Virus record (IMG/VR): IMGVR_UViG_3300005739_000025
From: a virus
Taxonomy: Duplodnaviria; Caudoviricetes
Length of the DNA stretch: 64,000 bases
Direction: 5' to 3' (one strand)
Shown: positions 31,105 through 41,824 of the stretch, in pieces
How positions within the stretch are numbered: the first letter of the stretch is position 1
How the letters are laid out: every line of letters begins with the position of its first letter
The notes under the pieces: generated by a model
What the model was told of the DNA's origin: nothing
Database searches by the model: none
The model's input: only the letters and a program-made list of their open reading frames with translations
Translations under genes and position numbers: made by a program

Positions 31105-34100
31105 TCATACCTCTACTTCTAGCTTAGGAACGTCTTTTCTTTCTCCGTATACTGTATAGAAGTAAGAACCTTTTACGTTTCCAACGTTAATTTGTTTATT
31201 GTTATAAGATATAACATATAAGTTTTGTTCTTTTCCTACCGGTGTCAATTGAACAGTTATTGAGTCTTCATGTACGAGATGTTCCCAAACTTTAGGTAGT
31301 TTTATAATATTTTTGTTAGTTTTTCCTCTGTAATAAACACCTAACTCTGGACCTTCTAACGACCCATATTGTAAATGTTTATTTTTCTTAATTGGATGTT
31401 TAATTAAGAACGACTTTGTAACAGCTGAAAAGTGTCCTTTTACATCTAATGGACCGTAAATTGTACCTGATGTAAATGGATATAGTTGTGACCCTAAAAC
31501 AAGACTGTTATCGCTTTCTAAATTTACAAAAGCTCCAATACCTACAGAATTACTATATCTTACACCTTGTGCGCTATTACCGATCAATATAGTGTTATTT
31601 CCTTCAAATTGATTTAGTATTGCTATAGCTGATGCGGTGATTGAACCTGTAATAGGGGTACCTGACCCGTCTTCGTATCTGACTATAATTGTTGGTGTAA
31701 TTTTATAACCTTCACCAAAATCTGTTATTGAAAATTGATCTATACCGAAGTTGCCAGAGCCAATATTAATACCGACAGATGGAAGAGCGGAAGCGGGTCT
31801 TATACATGTACCTTGAAAATACGCTTTAAATAATCTACCAGGTCCTACTACATAACTACCCGGTGTAACTACTCTTATAGCTGATAATTTTTCATTTCTT
31901 GCATCAACAACACTACCTGTATTACTCCCTATATATATGTTATTAGAGCCTTTGTATAAACCTCTTGAAGAATTTTGACCAAAAGCTATATTATCTGTAC
32001 CACCCCTATTTGATATATCTACATCAACGTTAAACGCTCCTATATTTCTTGAATGTCTGTTATATCTAATAGGACCTATAGGGTTTAAGCCTGAACCATC
32101 GCCACTTAATACTGCATTATATGCAGTTAAAGAATTAACTTCTATTCTATTTGCAGTAAAATTGTCTAGGTTGACATTTTCTAATGTAAAATTTTTTGTA
32201 ACTAAATCAGTAGTAAATATTGATCTTGCGTAAATTGCGTTATTTGCGCTTAAACTATCAACCTCTAATGGTCCGAAGATTTTTCCAGATATAGGAGTAC
32301 CCCATGAGCCTACCAAAAATTGATTACTAGCAGAAGCTGTTACGTTAATACCTAAACCTATTACATTGCTATATGTACTACTAGAACCCATTAAAGGTCC
32401 ACCCGCGCTTGCACCTATATAGATATTTTGTAAACCTGTTGAATTACTTGAACCTGCAAAAGCTCCTAAAAATACGTTGTCACCACCGTTTGTAGTGTTA
32501 AAGCCCGCTCTATCTCCTAATATTGTATTACTATTAGCGTTATTATTTGCAGCTGCACATGTACCTAATATAACGTTATTGTTACCAACATTATTAGAAA
32601 ATCTTCCCGCTTGTAACCCTATTAAAACGTTATTGCAACCTGTTGTATTTCCACAACCTACTTCAGAGCCTATAAACACGTTATTGTTTGCTAATGTAGT
32701 ATTGACACCAGCTCTTCTACCAAAAAATATGTTGCAAGTACCAACAGTTATATTAGCACCAGCCTCTCTTCCAATAAACAAGTTATCATTTCCAGCTAAA
32801 GTTCTAGCATCAGAATTTGAATCTCTAAACCATGTATTAATGTTAAATAAATCTCTATTATATCTAAATGGTCCAATTGGGTTAATTTCCAAACCATCTC
32901 CTGATAAGGTTCTTGCACTCAAGGTTCCTGTTACTAATCCCCCAGATAATGATAAGAAATCTGCTGAACTTAAGGCTGATAGTGTTGTAATTACCGTATC
33001 TAGATAAAACACTCTTACTACATGGGATAGAGATGTAAGAGATGTTGTATACATCTCGTATGAGTTTATTCTAGGTGCGAATAATTCTTCTGTAGCTGAA
33101 AATGTACCCCAGAATGTACCGTCATATCTTGATTGGGATCCAAAATCTGGGGCACCTACCACAAATCTATTATTTCTATCAGCAGCCGCGCTGCGTCCTA
33201 ACAATATACTGTTATTCCACCCTCTACTACTTGCGCTATACCCTATAACAATATTTGAAAAGCCTGGTTCTTTGTCCCATTGTTGGGAATGAGCGTATGG
33301 TCCTAATATAATATTATTATTACCACCACCTGATAGATATTCACCAGCTCCTGTACCAATAATTATATTATGATATGAACCTCTATCGCTTGGTCCAGAT
33401 GATCTAAAACCTGCATATGCTCCTATAATAATATTACCATAAGAGGTATTAAATTTGCCTGCTTGTGGTCCTATATGAATATTATTAGAGTTTTGAGTAA
33501 AACTTCCATACCCTATCGTATCTGTATTAATAATAGTATTATTAAAACCTGTTAAAGGGTATAAAGAATTTATTAAAACTTGGCCATCTCCATTTAGTAC
33601 TGTAATTTTTTCGCCAATTATTATATCATTACTACTAACAGCTGTTTTGTTAGTTCCAATTAATACAACATTTGTATTTCTACTAGAATTATTACCATAA
33701 CCTAAAATAACATTTTGAGAATTATTTACTAAGTGGTAACTACCTAATACAACGTTTCTTCTAACTGATGTGTTAATATTTCCAATATTCCAGCCAGATT
33801 CTCTACCAATATATATATTATCTGAACCAAGTTCATTAAATAAACCTGCGTTATAACCTATATAAACGTTATCGCTACTTAAGTTTCTAAATCCTGCGAA
33901 TTTACCAATGTTTATATTGTTGTTTCCTATTTCGTTAATAAAACCAGATTGATAACCTATACCTAAATTATCGTTGGCAGATATTGTAGCAAACGGTGAA
34001 GCGCAAACACCAAAATAAAAGTTATTACTACCACTTATAGGTAGATTAATGGTAAACATTCTAGCTGTACCAACTGGTCTGTTAAAGATAAGTTCCCCTA

Positions 34101-34644
34101 CAGGGTTTAAGTTTCTACCGTCACCGGAAAGAGTGTCAAAAGCAATAGTTTGTGATGATAAAGAATCAAATATTCCAAACTTAGCTTTAATGCCGCCTGC
34201 TCCACCACCTCCTAGGTCAAAGTTTAAAGCCGTTAAATTTCTAAAAAAGGCTTTATCAGCAGAGATAAAATTATCTACAAATAAATTTCCAGCTACTGTT
34301 AAGTTACCTGTAACTTCTTGATTTTCTGTTCTTCTGCTTACAAAACTTACACTAAGAGCTGAGAAGTAAGTAGCTATAATACTATAGGCGGAAATAGATT
34401 CAGCTGATAAAGTATTAACTACAAGGTTTTTTGTATCTATCTGTGAAAACTTTATCCACCCTCTTTCAGTACCCTGGTTATTAGACGAAAGAATATATGT
34501 ATCTGTTTGTTCTAAAGGTAAATTTAACGGCGCGCCTAAATTGGGTTCTACTAAATCTAAAGAAATCCATTTATACCTGCTTGCAATTGATTTTGCAGAT
34601 GCAGCTGGTATTAATAACGTTTTATTGGCTAAGGTGTTATTCAT
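31105..34644 (-). CDS. Long tail fibre with N.F.G..AG repeats and C-terminal chaperone-like domain (1179 aa)
   Basis: KSFLIKHP..LQYGSLEGPE.GVYYRG...LP..W..LVHEDSITVQLTP C-terminus. Confidence 0.8.
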   Translation of the reverse strand: MNNTLANKTLLIPAASAKSIASRYKWISLDLVEPNLGAPLNLPLEQTDTYILSSNNQGTERGWIKFSQIDTKNLVVNTLSAESISAYSIIATYFSALSVSFVSRRTENQEVTGNLTVAGNLFVDNFISADKAFFRNLTALNFDLGGGGAGGIKAKFGIFDSLSSQTIAFDTLSGDGRNLNPVGELIFNRPVGTARMFTINLPISGSNNFYFGVCASPFATISANDNLGIGYQSGFINEIGNNNINIGKFAGFRNLSSDNVYIGYNAGLFNELGSDNIYIGRESGWNIGNINTSVRRNVVLGSYHLVNNSQNVILGYGNNSSRNTNVVLIGTNKTAVSSNDIIIGEKITVLNGDGQVLINSLYPLTGFNNTIINTDTIGYGSFTQNSNNIHIGPQAGKFNTSYGNIIIGAYAGFRSSGPSDRGSYHNIIIGTGAGEYLSGGGNNNIILGPYAHSQQWDKEPGFSNIVIGYSASSRGWNNSILLGRSAAADRNNRFVVGAPDFGSQSRYDGTFWGTFSATEELFAPRINSYEMYTTSLTSLSHVVRVFYLDTVITTLSALSSADFLSLSGGLVTGTLSARTLSGDGLEINPIGPFRYNRDLFNINTWFRDSNSDARTLAGNDNLFIGREAGANITVGTCNIFFGRRAGVNTTLANNNVFIGSEVGCGNTTGCNNVLIGLQAGRFSNNVGNNNVILGTCAAANNNANSNTILGDRAGFNTTNGGDNVFLGAFAGSSNSTGLQNIYIGASAGGPLMGSSSTYSNVIGLGINVTASASNQFLVGSWGTPISGKIFGPLEVDSLSANNAIYARSIFTTDLVTKNFTLENVNLDNFTANRIEVNSLTAYNAVLSGDGSGLNPIGPIRYNRHSRNIGAFNVDVDISNRGGTDNIAFGQNSSRGLYKGSNNIYIGSNTGSVVDARNEKLSAIRVVTPGSYVVGPGRLFKAYFQGTCIRPASALPSVGINIGSGNFGIDQFSITDFGEGYKITPTIIVRYEDGSGTPITGSITASAIAILNQFEGNNTILIGNSAQGVRYSNSVGIGAFVNLESDNSLVLGSQLYPFTSGTIYGPLDVKGHFSAVTKSFLIKHPIKKNKHLQYGSLEGPELGVYYRGKTNKNIIKLPKVWEHLVHEDSITVQLTPVGKEQNLYVISYNNKQINVGNVKGSYFYTVYGERKDVPKLEVEV

Positions 34645-35030
34645 TAGTCAGTATTCTTTGTTTCGAGTAAGCCGAGTGATAAAACTAACCCATCGCTATC
34701 AGCTTTCACAACAAGAATATCTGGAGTTGTTATAGAGGCGCCATCAACACCTTGTAATACAACTCTACCTGTTACTAAAGATCTAGCATCTCTTGCAGGA
34801 ATTGGAAAACTACTAACAATAGGGAAAAAAGTATAACCACTTGAACCCGAATATATGTCTACAGCTGACACCATCATTGTAATACTAATATCATTATTTG
34901 TCGGATTAGCGGCATGCGCATTAATAAGAATAGCTGCTCTTTCCTGCGGAGCTGTATATACACCTGATAGACCTGTGGAAACGTTAATATGTCTATTTCT
35001 AAATTTATTTAAAGGTACTCTTGCGGCCAT
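34644..35030 (-). CDS. Small virion structural protein
   Basis: ORF track; TATAAATA upstream; VYTAP motif. Confidence 0.7.
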   Translation of the reverse strand: MAARVPLNKFRNRHINVSTGLSGVYTAPQERAAILINAHAANPTNNDISITMMVSAVDIYSGSSGYTFFPIVSSFPIPARDARSLVTGRVVLQGVDGASITTPDILVVKADSDGLVLSLGLLETKNTD

Positions 35031-35051
35031 ATATTATTATTTATAATTTTG

Positions 35052-36911
35052 TTAAATATTACCCGCAATAGCTATACTAAAGGGTGTAATTGTTGTTAAA
35101 ATAGATCTCTGGAAAGTTTCACCTTCAATTGTACCTGTAGCTTGAACAATAGTTAAGCCTTGCCCAATTCTAAAGTCACCAAATTGGTTCGTTGAAGTGA
35201 AGAATACTCTCCCTTCATTATCGAATACAACTTCTTTTGTAACGTCTGTCTGGCCTCCGTTTTGGGGAACTGCTGATAACAATACTGTTCCCGTTCCTAT
35301 ATATTCAAGAGTATGTGCGGAGGCTGTAATTGTACTTCTTATATAAAACTTGACATTTGAATTTATATGATCTATTACAGTAATCCCTGATAAAGAACTA
35401 TCTAAAGTTGGAGCATAGTTAGCATCTAACACTATGCCGCATCTATATTTTGTACTGCCATCTATATCAGTATAAGGTGTAATAGGTGATGCGGATAATA
35501 TACTAAAATAATCATTGGAGTTGTAGGCTGTTAAAGTTTCAGAAACATTTAGAGGGTTTGTAAACTCTATAGCAAATATTTGACCAGGGTACGGTTGAAA
35601 ATCGTCTCTAAATTCTTGTTGCGCAGATTTTCCCGATAAATTTTCAATAAATATAGTATTAGTTAAACCACTAATTGAAGCTGCTAAATTTCCTAATAAG
35701 GTTGGTCTAGGTGATTTACCATATGATACAAGACCTAAATCACCGAACGAACAGTTAGACGTATTAATTGAGCACGTACCCCCAGATTCACAAATAACTC
35801 CTTCTGTACAGCATATGGTAAATGTAGAAACTAGCTGGGCGTAACCGTTTCTTACAATATGGATACCTTTGCCTCCTTCATTAAACTGAGTAAAAGAGTC
35901 CATAACCATAGAACGTAGAGGACCGTCCACCTTATATCCGTCGACTAATACACCTCCACCTGCATCGTTAGCGTTTGCAGAAGTTGCTTGTGTAATGCTA
36001 GAATTTCCTTGGGGGTACGGAGATGTTAAAGTATAAGCTTTATGTACGTTAGCTTCATAATACTCTGTCGTTAAGAGATCATCTGCATCAATATTTTCAA
36101 GCTCTGTAAAAAATGTTGAGTTTAACCCAGTAAAATATCTTCTTAAAAATGCAATTCTCGCTGGGTCTGTAATAATTTGACCAGGAAAATCTTTAGATAA
36201 ATCATCTGGATTGTTAAAACTATCGTATGTGGCTTTAAAATTATTTGGATTTCTTCTCCAATGCCCTTCAGCCCTAGCCGTAGCAGCAACTACTCTTGTG
36301 TCAGGATATTCTGGAACAGGTAAACCGTAATCTATCGATAGCTCTGGATAGGCAATTGCGTAAGATGGGTTTAAATGTCTTCTAAATGTTACACCCCAGA
36401 CATAACAACCATGGTTAACCCATATAATGTCATAAAATCTATTTTTAGGTATAATAGATACAGATCTTAAGTTATCTCCAATAATGGTGCATCGCGGTGG
36501 GAGATAAATTGGATTATCTTCTTCATAAGTACCGGTTCTAATAAAAATGTTTACTTGTCTAGAACCTATACCCCAAGCTGGTTTACCATAACCGTTTGCC
36601 TGACCTACTTGAGCTTCCAGAGCTGTATTCGCACCATCTCTAGAAATTTCTAAGGCCTTAGCACAAGCTCTTTTTAATGTTTTAAAAGCTCTATATTCAG
36701 ATCTACCAGAGTTTGTATCTTTACCGTTAGGGTTAACGTATAAAACTTCAGGGGCAGCTCTTAAATCTACACTTTTTAATAGTTCAATAGTAAGGTCAGA
36801 GATCTTAGTTCTGATCTCTTTATTAAAATCTCTATAACCTACTAAGTAGTCGTCCTGTAATAGATTTTGATTAGGTACATAATCAAAATCACTAAAATTC
36901 TTAAAAGGCAT
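35052..36911 (-). CDS. Virion structural protein with pectin-lyase-like beta-helix
   Basis: LYVNPNGKDTNSG..FKTLKRA, GTYEEDNPI, IIGDNLRSV, MVMDSFTQFN, YAQLVS motifs. Confidence 0.8.
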   Translation of the reverse strand: MPFKNFSDFDYVPNQNLLQDDYLVGYRDFNKEIRTKISDLTIELLKSVDLRAAPEVLYVNPNGKDTNSGRSEYRAFKTLKRACAKALEISRDGANTALEAQVGQANGYGKPAWGIGSRQVNIFIRTGTYEEDNPIYLPPRCTIIGDNLRSVSIIPKNRFYDIIWVNHGCYVWGVTFRRHLNPSYAIAYPELSIDYGLPVPEYPDTRVVAATARAEGHWRRNPNNFKATYDSFNNPDDLSKDFPGQIITDPARIAFLRRYFTGLNSTFFTELENIDADDLLTTEYYEANVHKAYTLTSPYPQGNSSITQATSANANDAGGGVLVDGYKVDGPLRSMVMDSFTQFNEGGKGIHIVRNGYAQLVSTFTICCTEGVICESGGTCSINTSNCSFGDLGLVSYGKSPRPTLLGNLAASISGLTNTIFIENLSGKSAQQEFRDDFQPYPGQIFAIEFTNPLNVSETLTAYNSNDYFSILSASPITPYTDIDGSTKYRCGIVLDANYAPTLDSSLSGITVIDHINSNVKFYIRSTITASAHTLEYIGTGTVLLSAVPQNGGQTDVTKEVVFDNEGRVFFTSTNQFGDFRIGQGLTIVQATGTIEGETFQRSILTTITPFSIAIAGNI

Positions 36912-36936
36912 ATAAACTATTTATGCCTTTTTTAAT

Positions 36937-37122
36937 TTAGCTTTGAGCTTCTTCAGTATTTTTAGCGGCAGGAGCTATATCGATTCTACTAATAGTTCTG
37001 TCGCCATGATGAATGACGATAGGAACCAAAATGATGTTATATTTTTGAAGAGTAGCTTCGATTTCTTGTTTTGCTGCAAGAAGTTGCTCATCTGTTAAAC
37101 CATTTTTGTTGTTTTCTTCCAT
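36937..37122 (-). CDS. Hypothetical protein (61 aa)
   Basis: ORF track. Confidence 0.6.
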   Translation of the reverse strand: MEENNKNGLTDEQLLAAKQEIEATLQKYNIILVPIVIHHGDRTISRIDIAPAAKNTEEAQS

Positions 37123-37163
37123 AGTAATCTTATTTATAAAGGAGTGTAACTTTTCAACTATTT

Positions 37164-37982
37164 TTAAAAGCCTGTTTCAGGAATTATAAAATCTGTAATT
37201 CTTGGAGAACCGGAAATAGAAATAGTGTTACTATATTCTATTAAATTTTCTTGTGTTACATTTAAACCTAAAGAAGACAAAGTAAAATAATTAGCGCTAC
37301 TCAATTCAATATTTGAGCGAACCGCATAAAAATCTATATCCACGTTATAAATGTTTTTTACTGGACCATCTACATATGGAAATAACCAACCTTTAATAGT
37401 AAATGAAGTATCAGCTATTATTTGTGCTTTCTGATTATTGTTTACTTCTACAGGGTAATTTAATGATACATTTCCATCCCATAAAACTTCTGTTCTTATT
37501 TCTTGGGTATAATTAGGTGTAAATTTATCTGGCACCTTCCACGAAATAACAATATATGGGTTATTATAGGGAATAAAATTCCCCAATATTTGATCCATAT
37601 CTAATTGATTTTTTGTCAATACAGACATGTTTACTTTTAAATTTACTGGTATTGGTGTTTTAAAATATGGTGTCTCTCTTAACACTCTCTCACGGGAAAG
37701 GGTTGATGGTGTTAAAAATCCTGAATTTTTACTAAAGACTCTACCTTCATCTCTTGTTACACTTCCTAGTGTTATTGCTATAACTGGCAAAACTAAATTC
37801 TGGCCAGGGTTAATTAAATCATAAAGCACTCTTTGTTTAGGTGCATATACGTACCTAACTTGTAACTTTTGACCCTTAACTCTATTCTTACCTTCATATC
37901 TATCAATTACTACGTTATTGAAGGCTGCTAAAAATTGAGTTATTAAATCTTGAATTTCAAAAGAAAAGCTCTGCTTTCTCAT
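37164..37982 (-). CDS. gp15: Tail sheath stabiliser/terminator, T4 gp15-like
   Basis: F.AAFNN..I.R, YAPKQR, LP.IA, P.PVNL...MS..TK...DMDQI...FIPY..P motifs. Confidence 0.75.
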   Translation of the reverse strand: MRKQSFSFEIQDLITQFLAAFNNVVIDRYEGKNRVKGQKLQVRYVYAPKQRVLYDLINPGQNLVLPVIAITLGSVTRDEGRVFSKNSGFLTPSTLSRERVLRETPYFKTPIPVNLKVNMSVLTKNQLDMDQILGNFIPYNNPYIVISWKVPDKFTPNYTQEIRTEVLWDGNVSLNYPVEVNNNQKAQIIADTSFTIKGWLFPYVDGPVKNIYNVDIDFYAVRSNIELSSANYFTLSSLGLNVTQENLIEYSNTISISGSPRITDFIIPETGF

Positions 37983-37994
37983 TTTAAGTATTTA

Positions 37995-39623
37995 TTAATT
38001 AATACGGTCAAAGAAATGCTCTGGCAACTTATACTTTACTCTTGGCAATACTTTAAATCCGTTACCGTCTAATATATAAGTGCTACTATAGTCTTGTTTA
38101 CTACGCGTGGCTCGACCACACATTTGCACCAATATATTAAGCATTTGATTTTCATACCAGTCCTTATCTATATCAAACAACTTTTTAATTCTCTTATTAC
38201 CAAGAGGTAAAAACGGTAACTTCACTATAATAGAAAATCTAGCTAAATCATCTCTTAAATCTACACCATGGGTCAATGAAGGACTTACTAGTACTGTAGG
38301 ATCCTTACTGTTATAGTGTTTATTGAGTATATCATCATTAACTGACATTTCATTACGAAATAAAAATCTTTTATCTTTTAAATGTTTTCTCAAAATATTT
38401 GTAATGTCCATGCTTTGTGTATGGATGATTCCTTTTTCGTTTTTGTATACATCACAAAGCTCAACTATTTGTTTTGCTATCTTTGGTAGGACTTTTTCTT
38501 TATTAGCATAGTTTATAGGGTTTGTGCTAGATATATAAATTGGACTTTGTTTAGGATCAAAATTACTTTTAGTTTCTATATACTCGTATTTGTTTATGCC
38601 GAGTGACTCAGCAAATTTCTTATGGTCTATGATTGTTGCTGACATTAGAACTATTTGATCCCCGTAATCAAATATATGTTTTGTGAGCGTGTTAACTTTT
38701 AATGGTGTAATACTAATTACACCCCTTTCTGGTTGATCAATAATCCATTCACAAGAGCTCCACTCATTGGTGCATGTGTTAATTTGAAGAAATAAAGTCT
38801 TCAACGTAGAGATTTTATTTTTTTCACCTAAAACTAAATTTGGATTTTTATTATAATCTTTAATGAGCTGTTCTATGTAATCGCTAATTGTCAGTGAGAG
38901 ATTTGTTAGCCAATCAAGCATATCTTTGTTTGTATATGATTTTGGGGATTTTACATCAATTCCAAGCTTATTGAGTTTTTTAAGATCTAGATATAAAGAA
39001 AACATTTTAACCATTTCATTCTCTAACTCTGAAGCTTCATCGCAAATTATATAATTTTTTCTCTTAACATGTCTCGGTAAATGTAAAAACATCTTATAGT
39101 TTAAGACTGTGTGTCTTGATATAAGAGCTACATTTCTACTATTATAGTAAGGACATCTGTTAGCTTTCCAGCAGTCCTCTTTTAGTCTGGGGGCCAGTAG
39201 ACAGGGTGCTGTATCAATAGTAGAGTTGTTATCGACTTCACATATATAATTTGTTTTACCTTTTAAAGTATTAATTTCATTAAATAATCCTTTATATTGA
39301 TCTTGTAAGCTTTTAGTTATTGTTAATGTAAAGCTACCAAAAGGTGGTTCATCTTCACATAATACTTGATTGGTATAATTACCTGAAAAGTCTTGTTTAA
39401 ACGCCTGATAGGATTCAATCAACTCTACAAATTTTTTAGTTGGATCGTTACTCGCATTAGCCAAAGTCATGGATAAAAAACTCTTACCGGTACCTGTTGG
39501 TGCTGATACTATTGCAAATTTGTTATTACTGGAAAAACATTCATCTACCCTTCTTATTATCTCTATTTGACTTGTGGAAGGCTCAAAGTCTTTAGGAAAA
39601 TAGTTAAGAAGCTTTTTTCGCAC
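37995..39623 (-). CDS. DinG/XPD-like SF2 helicase with putative Fe-S cysteines
   Basis: APTGTGKS, C..C..C..CPYY, ICDEASELE, GIIH, GVDLRDD, QMCGRATRS. Confidence 0.85.
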   Translation of the reverse strand: MRKKLLNYFPKDFEPSTSQIEIIRRVDECFSSNNKFAIVSAPTGTGKSFLSMTLANASNDPTKKFVELIESYQAFKQDFSGNYTNQVLCEDEPPFGSFTLTITKSLQDQYKGLFNEINTLKGKTNYICEVDNNSTIDTAPCLLAPRLKEDCWKANRCPYYNSRNVALISRHTVLNYKMFLHLPRHVKRKNYIICDEASELENEMVKMFSLYLDLKKLNKLGIDVKSPKSYTNKDMLDWLTNLSLTISDYIEQLIKDYNKNPNLVLGEKNKISTLKTLFLQINTCTNEWSSCEWIIDQPERGVISITPLKVNTLTKHIFDYGDQIVLMSATIIDHKKFAESLGINKYEYIETKSNFDPKQSPIYISSTNPINYANKEKVLPKIAKQIVELCDVYKNEKGIIHTQSMDITNILRKHLKDKRFLFRNEMSVNDDILNKHYNSKDPTVLVSPSLTHGVDLRDDLARFSIIVKLPFLPLGNKRIKKLFDIDKDWYENQMLNILVQMCGRATRSKQDYSSTYILDGNGFKVLPRVKYKLPEHFFDRIN

Positions 39624-39643
39624 CTATATAGTATATACTAATA

Positions 39644-39982
39644 CTATTGAGTTTCAATAATTTTAACACAGCTATCAAAATACTTCATATGCTTTTCTTT
39701 ATTGTATATAACTTTAGCTCTTTCATGTATTTCTGATAGTCCCTTTGTAAAGGATTTTAGTTTATAATCTAATATTAAAATATTTTTATTCTTTTCATCT
39801 TTATAACAGTTAAATGGATAGGGGAGCTCAAAACTTTTAGTCATATCATTTGTAACAATGATAAAATGAATATAAAAATCTTTTACACTAAAGAGTAAAA
39901 GTTTTCCTTGTCTCAACAATTTATTTTCTAACATTATTGAGATATCTTTTTGAAAGAATGCTTGTAAATTTTTTTCTAACAT
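39644..39982 (-). CDS. Hypothetical protein
   Basis: ORF track. Confidence 0.65.
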   Translation of the reverse strand: MLEKNLQAFFQKDISIMLENKLLRQGKLLLFSVKDFYIHFIIVTNDMTKSFELPYPFNCYKDEKNKNILILDYKLKSFTKGLSEIHERAKVIYNKEKHMKYFDSCVKIIETQ

Positions 39983-39983
39983 A

Positions 39984-40361
39984 TTAGCTATCCATGTACA
40001 TCATCTTCTGCGCTGGTGACATGGGTAAAAGCTCCTTTCTAAAGTAATCCCAGAACTCTTCATTTGCTGGAACTGTTTTGATCAAGTTACAGCTTTGACA
40101 ATTAATAGTTCTAAAATCTTGCATTAATACATCCCAGGCTACAATAACATTTTTTTGGGCAAAATTATATTTCGGTGGTCCTTTTGGGGGTGAGTAGTTA
40201 AGTGTTAATCTACCATCTACACCTAGAAGTAATGTATTTGAATTTGTTGCGACCATTCTTCTAAAAGGAGGACGACCGGGTTTAGGTCTTCTCCTTAAAA
40301 ATCTAATCTCACAAACATTATTTCTTAGTACTGCGTTTAGACTTGGTTGTGTTATTAACAT
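39984..40361 (-). CDS. DUF2693/WYL-like SH3-fold protein
   Basis: L....CEIRF..R.....RRMVAT...VAWDV....FRTIN pattern. Confidence 0.55.
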   Translation of the reverse strand: MLITQPSLNAVLRNNVCEIRFLRRRPKPGRPPFRRMVATNSNTLLLGVDGRLTLNYSPPKGPPKYNFAQKNVIVAWDVLMQDFRTINCQSCNLIKTVPANEEFWDYFRKELLPMSPAQKMMYMDS

Positions 40362-40764
40362 CTTTTTTTCTTGGTTTTACTACTCCGAATATTCTATGTT
40401 CGTTTAAGAATTGACCGGACTCAATTGTTCCGTAATCTACTACATCTACTTTGGAAATGTTTATGCCCATATTATTGGGGAAACATATAAAGTCGCCTTT
40501 CTTTACAAGAGAACAGCCCTTACCACATAACACTACTCTACCAATTCTCCATGCATTGGACTGGGCATTGATAGGTACCACCAAACCATTGCGAATTATT
40601 TCATTACCGGTAGCTGTTACATCTACAAATTCAGCTAAAATAATATCGTCTAAAACATCGACTAGATCGTACCCTATTAATGAACTATCTAGTGAGTTTG
40701 AAGGGAAACCAGTAAGATCGATTAAGCTTCTGGTTGGTATTAATTTATCTACGTTTAAGGCCAT
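40318..40764 (-). CDS. GroES-like co-chaperonin (gp31/Cpn10-like)
   Basis: VLDDIILAE, GRVVLCGKG, VKKGDFICF, FLNEHRIFGVV. Confidence 0.7.
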   Translation of the reverse strand: MALNVDKLIPTRSLIDLTGFPSNSLDSSLIGYDLVDVLDDIILAEFVDVTATGNEIIRNGLVVPINAQSNAWRIGRVVLCGKGCSLVKKGDFICFPNNMGINISKVDVVDYGTIESGQFLNEHRIFGVVKPRKKDVNNTTKSKRSTKK

Positions 40765-40789
40765 ATACTAACTTATGGCCATAGATTAC

Positions 40790-41065
40790 TTAATCAACAG
40801 TTTTACGCTTTATATAATTGATTCTTTGATACTTATAACGTGGTAGTACAGTTTTGAGGAATGTATATTGGTGTTGCTTGGAAGATAATAAATGTCCAAA
40901 TTTATTTGTAGTTTCGTTTATTATCTTAGCGCTATCTTTATCGACCATCGAACACCATCTATTTACCATGTAAATGTCAAAGGTTTTTTCTTCTTCTACT
41001 GTATTAGATGGTATTTGAGTCTTGGTAAATAGAATACCCTTAAGGTAGTCAAAAATGGTAGCCAT
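40790..41065 (-). CDS. gp62: Sliding-clamp loader small subunit, gp62-like
   Basis: FDYL..I..TK, YMVNRWCS, QY.FL...LP...Y..INYIK. Confidence 0.7.
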   Translation of the reverse strand: MATIFDYLKGILFTKTQIPSNTVEEEKTFDIYMVNRWCSMVDKDSAKIINETTNKFGHLLSSKQHQYTFLKTVLPRYKYQRINYIKRKTVD

Positions 41066-41670
41066 TAAGAAATAGTTTTAGAAGAAGCAATAAACATATC
41101 TTCTACAATCATATAAAACGCATTAATAACATCGTTCATAAATGCTGTAACTTGATCGTTTGCTAGTTCCGTACTATAGGCAAACACTGGAGCTGAATTA
41201 CCAGCCTTAACATTAATACCAGTATGACCTAATGTAACGCCGTTTTTTACATGAACTATACTAACACTGGCCTTACCATTAGGTTGTTCAATACCTCTTT
41301 GGGTAAATGATTTATGAACAATCATATCGTCACCTCTCATTTCAATAGGAGCATTGAGATATTTTTGACCTAATATATTAGCTATTTGACTATTGAATAA
41401 TCTTTGAAAAGCTACTGCACCAAAAGGATTATCTAAAATAGGAATCTCATACAAGAAATGCATCATATCGTCACTATAGATAAAATCTCCATTAATAACG
41501 TCCTCCATATCAATCATACCATGGGCCTCAACTTTAGCCGGAGCTCTAAAAGCAATGATATTACCTTGAGGTAAAGTTCTATTCTTAAAATACCTATAAG
41601 CAAACCGGTTGTGGAGTAAGGGGCCGTCGTAAACCCGACATTCAGGATTTTTATTAGGATCAATAATCAT
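41065..41670 (-). CDS. DUF366-like protein (biotin/lipoate-ligase-like fold)
   Basis: YDG..L...FAY, I.AFR.P, DMED, I.SDDM.HF..E, GDD, K.SVSI, HTGINV. Confidence 0.65.
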   Translation of the reverse strand: MIIDPNKNPECRVYDGPLLHNRFAYRYFKNRTLPQGNIIAFRAPAKVEAHGMIDMEDVINGDFIYSDDMMHFLYEIPILDNPFGAVAFQRLFNSQIANILGQKYLNAPIEMRGDDMIVHKSFTQRGIEQPNGKASVSIVHVKNGVTLGHTGINVKAGNSAPVFAYSTELANDQVTAFMNDVINAFYMIVEDMFIASSKTIS

Positions 41671-41824
41671 ACAAATATACTAACAACTATAAATACAAAA
41701 TCAACTACAAAATACTTTAAAGAGTAATAGTCTTTTCTATATCTAATTTATTTTAACAAAATATTGCAAAAAATCAACTATATTTTATAAAGTAGATAAA
41801 ACTAAATAAACCCTAAATATAAAC

